Source of the DNA: Planctomycetota bacterium
Lineage (GTDB): Bacteria; Planctomycetota; Phycisphaerae; SM23-33
Assembly (NCBI GenBank): GCA_022705325.1
Contig: JAKJER010000002.1
Span: 62,891-126,890 of the forward strand
Reading direction: 5' to 3'
DNA: 64,000 bases
Part shown: piece after piece, positions 48,015-55,435 of the stretch
How the letters are laid out: each line of letters begins with the position of its first letter
Numbering within the stretch: the stretch's first letter is position 1
Position numbers and translations under genes: made by a program
The notes under the pieces: model-generated
Database searches by the model: none
What the model was told of the DNA's origin: nothing
What the model saw: the letters and a program-made list of their open reading frames with translations, nothing else

Positions 48015-48410
48015 TCAACTCCGGGGATCACTCTCACCAGTCAATTCGCGAAGCAATAGGAGAAGATGATTGCATAGCGACAGGCGGAAACGCTCCTCCG
48101 GGATCGCTCGTAACTCTTGCCGGAGTTCTTCCAGTCTGGGAATAGCTTTGGTACGGATAACAGCGGAGACGACCCCCCTAGTCAACCAGATATACAGACC
48201 AATGAGTGTGAGTTGCGAGACCTCTTCGCCCGTCAACCCCAGGCCGTGTCCTGTGTTGCTGGACCGGCACGAGGCCCCAGGACTGAGCCGCAAATCGAAT
48301 GCCCGCATCAAGGATGGGAACACTGTGTCAAACTCCGTCACGTCATCGGGATTCACTTCGAGCAGCGCCGCGCGGACTGCTTGTCGAACAGTCTCTGCCT
48401 CAGCGTTCAT
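48015..48410 (-). CDS. Hypothetical small protein, ~131 aa, tightly coupled to the downstream membrane protein
   Basis: The ATG at 48410 has an AGGAGA Shine-Dalgarno-like motif 9 nt upstream. The longer table ORF starts at TTG 48524. The stop codon lies 2 nt before the downstream start codon. No recognisable domain. Confidence 0.4.
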   Translation of the reverse strand: MNAEAETVRQAVRAALLEVNPDDVTEFDTVFPSLMRAFDLRLSPGASCRSSNTGHGLGLTGEEVSQLTLIGLYIWLTRGVVSAVIRTKAIPRLEELRQELRAIPEERFRLSLCNHLLLLLRELTGESDPRS

Positions 48411-48607
48411 GTGCAGGTCTCCTACGGTTACAGAGCGGTTCAATGAGCCGACCCGTGAAAGCACCGGCTGGCGCATGTTTCGAAGCGGCGAGCGTTGCTT
48501 GGTGCTGTACAATTGAACCTGCAAGCTATTCTACCAAGGCATGGAGAATTGTCTATGTCAACTCCAGACTCAGACAGGTGGAGCTTGGGGGACCTTTCCC
48601 TGTAGTT

Positions 48608-50212
48608 TCAAATCAGCCGCTTGGCATAGACGGTCTTGTCGTCGCCCGGCGCGTAGAAGTCGGCAATTCGGGCGGCCTGGGTATAGCCGGTCTTCAGGTA
48701 GAAGTGACGCGTGGGGTCGTAGGATGGCTTGCCCGAGGTCTCGATGATGGACAGCCTCCCGCCACGCTCGGCGATCTGTCGCTCCGCCTCGGCCAGCAGG
48801 GCCGCGCCGATGCCCCGTCCCTGGCAGTCGGGCGCGACGGCGATCCAGTAGATGTCGTACGTGGCGATCGTGCACGGGGTGGGGCCGTAGCACACCCAGC
48901 CGACGGGGGCGGCGTCGGGGGAGTCGGCGTTGACGGCGGTGAGGGACTGGTAGTGGCCGGCGGGACCCTTGGCCAGGGCGTCATCGAGCACTTCGGCCGC
49001 GACGGGAATCTCGTCGTCGCGGAAGAAGCCGGTAGCCTGGACGAAGTCGAGGATCCTCTGGCGGTCGGCGGGCTCGGACCAGCGAATGAGGACATTGCCG
49101 CGGGCGCGGGCATTCGTAGTGCCGCCGTAAGGCGGTTCTTGGGATGCGCCGTCAGACGCCGGCGCGGGGGCTCTGCGAGCGCGAGCGGCTGCGTTGGCCG
49201 CCATGTGGACGATGAATTCGTCATACGCGAGCCCGCCGGCCTGGACGGCGGCTGCCAGCCCGGCGTCGGGCGAGATGTCGGGATTGGGATTGAGCTCCAG
49301 GATGGCCGGATCGAGTTTCTCGTCCAGGCGGAACTCGATGCGGATGTAGTCGCGACAGTCGAAGGCGTGCCAGGCCCTCAGCGCAAGCTCGCGGACGCGG
49401 GCGGCGGCCTGTTCGCCCAGGGGGGCGGGTATCACGCGCGGAGTGCGGCGGTACTCGTCGCTGTCGGGGAACCACTTCTCCGCATACCCGACGATCGGCG
49501 GGTAGCCGTCCGGCAGGGCGGTGAAGTCAATCTCCGCCAGGGGCATGACCTCGGCGCGTCCGTCACGCTCGATGACGGTCACGTTCAACTCACGTCGCCC
49601 GAAGAACTGTTCGATCAGCGCGGGTTGGCCGAACGTGTCATGGACTCGGCGCACGGCGGCGTCGAGTTCGACTGACGGGCACTCGGCCACGGAAGCGGCG
49701 TCGATGCCTTCGCTGGCGTCGCAGCGGAGGGGTTTGACGATGCAGCGCCCGGCGGGCAGGGCGGCGTCCACGGTTGACTGGCCGGGACACACGACCGCGG
49801 CGGGCGGAGTGGGCAGATGGGCCGCGGCGAGAACCGCCTTGCTCTGCCACTTGTCCAGGGCCAGCATCAGGCAGGGGCTGTCGCCCCCGGTGGGGCTCTT
49901 GTCGAAGGCCCGGCAGAGGGCAGGGACGAGATTGGCGTCGTCGTTGCAGTCCTGGAAGCCTTCCACGAGATTGAAGACGACGCCTTCGGACGCGCTGGCC
50001 AGGATGGCGGGCAGGTCGCGGATCGTCCGGGCCCCGACGGAGCGGCAAGGCACGCCGTGCGCTCGCAGGGCGTCCTCAACGGCCTGCACCTCGCCCAGCA
50101 CGCCGGCCTCGCTCTCGGCGCCCACGCAGGCGGCCGGGCCGGGCTGGACCGGCGTTTCGCGGGGAAGGTTGTACAGGATCAGCACCGCCGGAAGCGGATG
50201 GTTGTCAGTCAT
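48608..50212 (-). CDS. D-Ala-D-Ala-ligase-like ATP-grasp enzyme fused to a C-terminal GNAT acetyltransferase domain, 534 aa
   Basis: Start at ATG 50212 (MTDNHPLPAVLILYNL, a Ddl-like N-domain). Central ATP-grasp region (CIVKP..., ELNPNPD). C-terminal GNAT core (CQGRGIGAALLAEAERQIAERG). The 37-aa upstream extension is Arg/Pro-rich. Confidence 0.7.
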   Translation of the reverse strand: MTDNHPLPAVLILYNLPRETPVQPGPAACVGAESEAGVLGEVQAVEDALRAHGVPCRSVGARTIRDLPAILASASEGVVFNLVEGFQDCNDDANLVPALCRAFDKSPTGGDSPCLMLALDKWQSKAVLAAAHLPTPPAAVVCPGQSTVDAALPAGRCIVKPLRCDASEGIDAASVAECPSVELDAAVRRVHDTFGQPALIEQFFGRRELNVTVIERDGRAEVMPLAEIDFTALPDGYPPIVGYAEKWFPDSDEYRRTPRVIPAPLGEQAAARVRELALRAWHAFDCRDYIRIEFRLDEKLDPAILELNPNPDISPDAGLAAAVQAGGLAYDEFIVHMAANAAARARRAPAPASDGASQEPPYGGTTNARARGNVLIRWSEPADRQRILDFVQATGFFRDDEIPVAAEVLDDALAKGPAGHYQSLTAVNADSPDAAPVGWVCYGPTPCTIATYDIYWIAVAPDCQGRGIGAALLAEAERQIAERGGRLSIIETSGKPSYDPTRHFYLKTGYTQAARIADFYAPGDDKTVYAKRLI

Positions 50213-50214
50213 GG

Positions 50215-51351
50215 TTAGTGCATCGCTGCGTTGAGGTCCACGCCGAGGATCTTCTTGCCCAGGGCCAGCAGTTCCGGTTCGGGCCCGACGAACTGGTACG
50301 TGCGGTGGACGTGCTCCATACACTGGCCCTTGGGGAGTTCGGCCGCCGGGCTGGACGTCTCCAACTCGTAGAATGTGGGCTCCTGCGGGGTGCGGTCGGC
50401 CTTGCCGTCGTTGTAGCTGTTGACCGCGTCACCGGCATACGGAGCGTCCTGGACCTCCCAGAGGCTGTTGACGTAGGGCAGGTCCCGGGCGTTGCCGGCA
50501 AGGGTGAACTGAACGATGATGAGGGCCTTGCGCTCCGCGTCGTAGCTGCCGAAGACGTCACGAGCGCGGGGGGGCGAGACGCCGATCTTGCTGCGGTAGT
50601 TGCCGTCGCAGGCGAAGGACACGTAGTTGTCGGCCACCCGGCCGCGGTGGGACGGCAGGGCGCCGAAGTAGTTCGTGGTGGCCCGGGGTCCGAGCTTGGT
50701 CTCATCTCCGGGAATGAACGGCACGACGACCCGCCCGTGGGCCAGGGCCTTGAACATGCCCAGGATCCATATCGACAACAATCCCCCCTGGCGGGTCCAG
50801 TCGTTGCCGCCCACGTTGGCCAGGACGTTCTTCGACTCGATCGCCACCATCTCCACTTCGCCCGCGAGGGAGATGTTCAAGTGGCGGCAGGCGGTCTTGA
50901 TAGGCAGGATGGCAATGGTGCGTTTGACGGCGCAGTCGAAGGTCGTACCGCTGTAGTTGGCCACGCGGAACTGGTTGGCCATCGCCACCGACGAGGCGCC
51001 CTGGCTGGTGACCTCGAAGGAGCCGGTGTTGAGACCCTCGGGTACGCGCCAGCGGTCCAGTTCGAAAGGGGCCTTGTCGGGGAAGTACAGCCCGAACTGC
51101 CCGGCCTCCGGGCCCAGCCAGAAGCGGTCGATTCCGCCGTAGTTGTTCATCACGTCGCTGCCGCTGCCCGAGTCGATGAACGCGGTGTTGATCCACCCCG
51201 AGCCCCTGCCCTCGCTGCCGGTGGCGGTGGAGGTCATGACGCGCCCCTGGTATGCGGGCACGACCACCGCCCGGCCGCGGGCGGGACCGGTCAGTTCCAC
51301 GACTTGGGCGTGCTGCTTGAGGTAGTCCACATCGTCGGCGTAGGTGCCCAT
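50215..51351 (-). CDS. Hypothetical protein, 378 aa, translationally coupled to the downstream ATP-grasp/GNAT gene
   Basis: Clean ORF with coding-like composition. No family recognised. The stop lies 2 nt upstream of the next start. Confidence 0.5.
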   Translation of the reverse strand: MGTYADDVDYLKQHAQVVELTGPARGRAVVVPAYQGRVMTSTATGSEGRGSGWINTAFIDSGSGSDVMNNYGGIDRFWLGPEAGQFGLYFPDKAPFELDRWRVPEGLNTGSFEVTSQGASSVAMANQFRVANYSGTTFDCAVKRTIAILPIKTACRHLNISLAGEVEMVAIESKNVLANVGGNDWTRQGGLLSIWILGMFKALAHGRVVVPFIPGDETKLGPRATTNYFGALPSHRGRVADNYVSFACDGNYRSKIGVSPPRARDVFGSYDAERKALIIVQFTLAGNARDLPYVNSLWEVQDAPYAGDAVNSYNDGKADRTPQEPTFYELETSSPAAELPKGQCMEHVHRTYQFVGPEPELLALGKKILGVDLNAAMH

Positions 51352-51542
51352 CGGCTGGTCCTTTCTCGCGGATGCTCGCTCTGCCGCGCCTCGGCGGGAG
51401 CCGCCACACTAGCAGATGGCGCGGGCGATGGCAAGGCCAGGTTAAGCCGTTCGCCCCCACGGCGACGTTTTGGCGGCGAGCCGCTGTCGCAGCCCGCGGA
51501 ATGCGAACGGCCTGACCCGGAAGGTGGTTCCCCGGCCGGTCG

Positions 51543-52226
51543 CTAGTCCTTCTTCTTGGCGATGGCGATGATCTTCGCGATGACCTTGTCGGTCAGCTCG
51601 TACCCCTTGAGCAGCGGAAAGCCTTCCCAGACCACGCAATGGTCTTCCGGCTCCAGGACGATCGCGTGGGGAATCCCGCGGACCTCGATGGCCTTCTTCA
51701 TCCGCGCCTGCGTGTCGACGGCGCAGTAGAACTCGATCTTCGGCTCTTTGAGCTTGCGGACGGCTTCTTCGGTCTCGTCGCTGATGCCGATGACGATCAC
51801 GTCTTTGCCGTACTTTCGATGCAGTTCGTTGAGCAACGTGAGCGATCGGCGGCAGGGGGGGCACCACGTGGCCCAGAACTCGATCAATACGATCTTGCCC
51901 TTGAGGTCGGGAGGCTTGGGCCCCAGCCACTTCTCGACCACCAGTTCGGGCGCCTTTTCGTACAGGATGCTCTTGGCCCAGAGCATCTTCTCCCGCTTGG
52001 CCTCGGGCAAGGGGTTGGAGCTGCCGAACGGATTGTTCGTGGCGAAGGCGGGGATGTCGCCGCCGGCGGGGCGAGTCGACGGACAGGGCATCTCCTCGCA
52101 CGGCTGGGCGGGTTGCGTGGTCGGCGCCTTGGCGGGGTTGTTCGTCTTCGGCTCGGCCTGCAAGGGCAGGACGAGCGACACGGTGATCGCGGCGGCGGCG
52201 ATAACGGACAGACGGATCTTGCTCAT
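51543..52226 (-). CDS. TlpA/ResA-like thiol-disulfide oxidoreductase (thioredoxin fold), secreted, 227 aa
   Basis: WATWCPPC active site. Signal/anchor MSKIRLSVIAAAAITVSLVLPLQA. Start moved to ATG 52226. Confidence 0.8.
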   Translation of the reverse strand: MSKIRLSVIAAAAITVSLVLPLQAEPKTNNPAKAPTTQPAQPCEEMPCPSTRPAGGDIPAFATNNPFGSSNPLPEAKREKMLWAKSILYEKAPELVVEKWLGPKPPDLKGKIVLIEFWATWCPPCRRSLTLLNELHRKYGKDVIVIGISDETEEAVRKLKEPKIEFYCAVDTQARMKKAIEVRGIPHAIVLEPEDHCVVWEGFPLLKGYELTDKVIAKIIAIAKKKD

Positions 52227-52439
52227 GTCATCGTTCTCCTGTGGAGGCATAACGTACCGCGGCCGAGGTGCATTGTCAGGCGAAATCGCCGGTCCCGGAA
52301 GATGGACGCGCCGCACCGTGCCTGCGTTCGGTCACGCCGGGCCGACGGGCAGGCCGTTCGACGGGGTGATTCCCATGTGCGCTCGCCCAACGGTCGATGG
52401 TATAATCCGGTTCGCACTATGCCTGGATCGGACAAAGGC

Positions 52440-54797
52440 ATGAGACGATGGACATGGACGTTCTCCGCCGCCCTCGCGGCGGCGGGGGTACTGTACGCCC
52501 AGGACGCCGACCGGCAGGCGCAGGAACTGCTCCGCCTGATGCAGGAGGCTGGGCGGACCGGACACCCGGCCCAGTTCGAACCGTCCACCCGGCCCGCCCC
52601 CGGCCCGCCGCGGGATCCGTCCGAGGTCCTGCGGGGGCTCCCGGCAGGACCCTCCACCCGGCCTGTTCGAAACCCGCGTGAGGCTTCGCCGATGCCCACG
52701 CGGCGCCCCGTCTCGCCAGTGCCCGCCGAAGCGATCGCCCGCGACGCCTGGCGCACGGTGAAGGCGGCGGGCGAGGCGGCATCGCGACCCGCGATCCAGG
52801 CCCCATCGCCCGCGGAACCGCTTGCAGCCTCGCGGCCTTCGAGCCAGCCAGCTTCGCGCGCCGCACCCCATCCGGGCACCCAGCCCGCTTCGCGGCCCGC
52901 CTCTCAACCTGCGCCGGACCCGTACGCTCCGGTCGCGCTCGACCTGCCCAGGCCTGCCCTGGAGTTGTTCGTCTCGCCTTCGGGAGATGACAACAACCCC
53001 GGAACGGTTGAGGCGCCCCTGGCCACCATCGTCGCCGCTCGCGACGCCATCCGCACCTGGCGCGAGGCCCGCGGGGATCTGCCGCGCGGGGGCGTTCGCG
53101 TGCTGTTGCGGGGGGGATGGCACCTGCTGCGGGAGACGGTCATCTTCGAGGCGGACGACTCCGGTCGGGCGGACGCCCCAATCGTCTACTCCGCCATGCC
53201 GGGCGAGACCGCCATCGTCAGCGGGGCCCACGCGATTGCCGGTTGGCGCCGCGCCGGCGACGTGCCGGGCATGTCGCGTGCCGCTCGCGGCAAGCTCTTC
53301 GTGGCCGACATCCCCCAAGGGTGGGCGTTCCACTACTTGTACGTGAATGGCCGCCCGCAGCCGCGGGCGCGTCGCCCGGACGGCGATGACCCCGGCACGT
53401 GGCCCCGCCTGGTTGCAGCAGGCCCGCCGGGGCGCGAAGGACAGCGGCTGACCTTCCCGGCGGGCGCCCTGGACGACCTGCCCGCGCAGGGCGTGGAGGC
53501 GTGCATCGTGCCGGGCGGCGGGGGGGGCAGCACACTGTCAGCGCTGACGGAGTTGAACCGCGTCAACGCCACCGCCCGGCGACAAAGCCGCAACGTCACC
53601 GCGCCGCTTCGCGCGGGAGACCCCTTCCGGCTGGAGAACGCCCCGGCCCTGCTGAGCAGGCCCGGTCAGTGGTGCGTTGACGCGGCGGGAGGCAAGGTCT
53701 ATTACTGGCCCGCCGCGGACTCGATGGATGCTCTGACCGTGCATGTGTCCATGCTGTTCAATCTCGTGCGATTCAGCAACGAGGAGGAGGGCGGGAGGAG
53801 CGTCCGGCACGTCCATCTCCGCGGGCTGGTCCTGATGCACGGCGGGCGGATGAGCGAGCACCAGTGGCCTGCCGGATGGATCAAGCGGACGGGCGACAAC
53901 GGCGAGGGGTTGGTCCACTTCGTTCAGGCGGAGGACTGTTCGCTCGAGCGATGCCGGCTATTCTACGCCGGGGCGGCTGGGGTCAGCATCGAGGGGGCCG
54001 CCCGACGGATCCGCCTGGTGGGTAACGAGATCGCCTACGTCGGCGCCGCCGGGGTGTCCGTAATGGGAGGCGGCCCCGGGACCGCCAGGCCCAGCCGGGA
54101 GCACGTGATCAGCCGTAACTACATCCACCATGTCGGGCAGGCCCCGTACCTCGCCGCCAACGGAGTAGTGTTGTACGGTGCGGGCGACTCGCTGGTCTCG
54201 TACAACTACCTTCACGACGTCCCGGGCGGCGGCATCGCGATGCTGGGCGTTCCGGTCGCGGAGTTGAACAGCCGTTCCCGCATGGCCGACTGGACCGACG
54301 CCTACGGCCAGTTCGAGCCGCGCTACCAGGTCCGTTGGGACGAGTTGCCGCCGGGCAGCCAAGATCGCTTCCGCGACGATGCCGGTACGCTGAGCCGACA
54401 GGACGCGCTCAAGTATCTTCAGTGCGAGTCCAACCTCGTCGCACGCAACTTGGTGGTCTCTCGCGGGCCCGGCCTGCTGGGCCTGGCGTGCGGGCGTGGG
54501 AACCGGTGGGTGGAGAACCTGATCCTCCAGGCCGAGTCGGCGAGTCCGGCGCCCCCGATCCTTCTCGATGCCGAGAGCGGCCCCGGCGAGTTGGCCGGCA
54601 ACGCGGCCTGGAGCGGGCGGGATCTGCTGAACCAGGACCGGCAGAACCGGAGCGATGGCAATCGGTGCGCCCCCGGGCGGACGCCCGAATTCGACGGTCT
54701 ACTGGGGCGGATTGTCGAGGCCGCCCGTCGCCAGGGCGGCTATGCGGGCAAGCCCGCCCCACTGGCCGAGACGGAGATTCCCACGGCGGGGCAGTGA
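52440..54797 (+). CDS. Secreted right-handed parallel beta-helix repeat protein with Pro/Ser/Ala-rich N-terminal linker, 785 aa
   Basis: Signal peptide MRRWTWTFSAALAAAGVLYAQDA. A long low-complexity linker (PASRPASQPAP...). Then PbH1-like repeats (ISRNYIHHVGQAPYLAANGVVLYGAG...NYLHDVPGGGIAM...NLVARNLV). It lies inside a 1052-aa table ORF whose first 267 codons are antisense to the TlpA gene. Confidence 0.6.
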   Translation: MRRWTWTFSAALAAAGVLYAQDADRQAQELLRLMQEAGRTGHPAQFEPSTRPAPGPPRDPSEVLRGLPAGPSTRPVRNPREASPMPTRRPVSPVPAEAIARDAWRTVKAAGEAASRPAIQAPSPAEPLAASRPSSQPASRAAPHPGTQPASRPASQPAPDPYAPVALDLPRPALELFVSPSGDDNNPGTVEAPLATIVAARDAIRTWREARGDLPRGGVRVLLRGGWHLLRETVIFEADDSGRADAPIVYSAMPGETAIVSGAHAIAGWRRAGDVPGMSRAARGKLFVADIPQGWAFHYLYVNGRPQPRARRPDGDDPGTWPRLVAAGPPGREGQRLTFPAGALDDLPAQGVEACIVPGGGGGSTLSALTELNRVNATARRQSRNVTAPLRAGDPFRLENAPALLSRPGQWCVDAAGGKVYYWPAADSMDALTVHVSMLFNLVRFSNEEEGGRSVRHVHLRGLVLMHGGRMSEHQWPAGWIKRTGDNGEGLVHFVQAEDCSLERCRLFYAGAAGVSIEGAARRIRLVGNEIAYVGAAGVSVMGGGPGTARPSREHVISRNYIHHVGQAPYLAANGVVLYGAGDSLVSYNYLHDVPGGGIAMLGVPVAELNSRSRMADWTDAYGQFEPRYQVRWDELPPGSQDRFRDDAGTLSRQDALKYLQCESNLVARNLVVSRGPGLLGLACGRGNRWVENLILQAESASPAPPILLDAESGPGELAGNAAWSGRDLLNQDRQNRSDGNRCAPGRTPEFDGLLGRIVEAARRQGGYAGKPAPLAETEIPTAGQ

Positions 54798-54948
54798 AAG
54801 GGCGAGGGGCGAGTTAGGCTTGACAGACGAACCCCGCGATCATCCCTCCGGCGGAGTCGGCAGGTCGAGTTCCCGCCTGGAATCCTGGAGAACCGCTTCC
54901 CCGTGATGTGACAAATCCCCCCCCGGCAGGACCGACAGGCCAAGACGA

Positions 54949-55152
54949 TCAGGCTTCCATGACGACCATCTGGCGGTCAAGCTGCTCGGGAACGAAGTTC
55001 CCGACCGCTGCGATGTAGCCGCGGATCGCCTCGTGCAGCCGCTCCTGGGCTTGCTGGCGGGTGTCGCCGAAGCAGCGGCAGCCGGGCAGCGAGGGGCAAC
55101 TCGCCACATAGCCGCCTTGCGGACTCTGGATGATCCGAATACAGAGCTTCAT
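54949..55152 (-). CDS. HicB-like (UPF0150) antitoxin-family small protein, 67 aa
   Basis: QSPQGGYVASCPSLPGCRCFGDTRQQAQERLHEAIRGYI matches the UPF0150/HicB N-domain pattern (GGY.A..P.LPGC...G.T.EEA....EAI). Coding-like codon usage. Confidence 0.6.
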   Translation of the reverse strand: MKLCIRIIQSPQGGYVASCPSLPGCRCFGDTRQQAQERLHEAIRGYIAAVGNFVPEQLDRQMVVMEA

Positions 55153-55180
55153 TGACGCACCAAAGAGGGACCGTGCTTGA

Positions 55181-55195
55181 CTGAATTATATGCAT
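55181..55195 (-). promoter_or_regulatory. Putative -10 element (TATAAT on the minus strand at 55185-55190) in an AT-rich intergenic region about 32 nt upstream of hicB
   Basis: Minus-strand sequence GCATATAATTCAG. A second TATAAT is at 55273-55278. A nearby hairpin CGCCCG-AAAC-CGGGCG is at 55201-55217. Confidence 0.3.
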
Positions 55196-55435
55196 CCAAG
55201 CGCCCGAAACCCGGGCGCATCTTTACACGATTGAGGCCGCCGAGGAGTGTCCTTTTCGCGGCGGTTGTCTTGATTATAGAGAGTCCGAATCCGCCTGTGA
55301 AGGAAAAAACAACGTTTCTTGTATGAATTCGGGGATTCCTGGACGCGAAGCCGGCGGCCGGGCCCAGGGGGCCGCCCGGTCCCCCGCAGGCGGGGTAGGG
55401 AGGGCTGTCAGGCCTGATGGGGCGGGCAGCTTCCG

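Noticed and set aside
51639-52439. The first 267 codons of the 1052-aa table ORF
   Set aside because: They are antisense to the TlpA-like gene and the divergent intergenic region. The beta-helix protein plausibly starts at 52440 with a signal peptide.
54740-54943. 67-aa minus-strand ORF just downstream of hicB
   Set aside because: It overlaps the 3' end of the beta-helix gene on the opposite strand, has an Arg/Cys/Gly-rich composition, and has no Shine-Dalgarno-like motif.
55153-55435. Search for a HicA toxin gene next to the HicB-like ORF
   Set aside because: All three minus-strand frames and the plus frames of this 283-bp region contain only stops or a 23-codon mini-ORF. The 150 bp downstream (54798-54948) holds only a 67-codon Arg/Cys-rich ORF overlapping the beta-helix gene end. 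No HicA/YcfA-like pattern was found.
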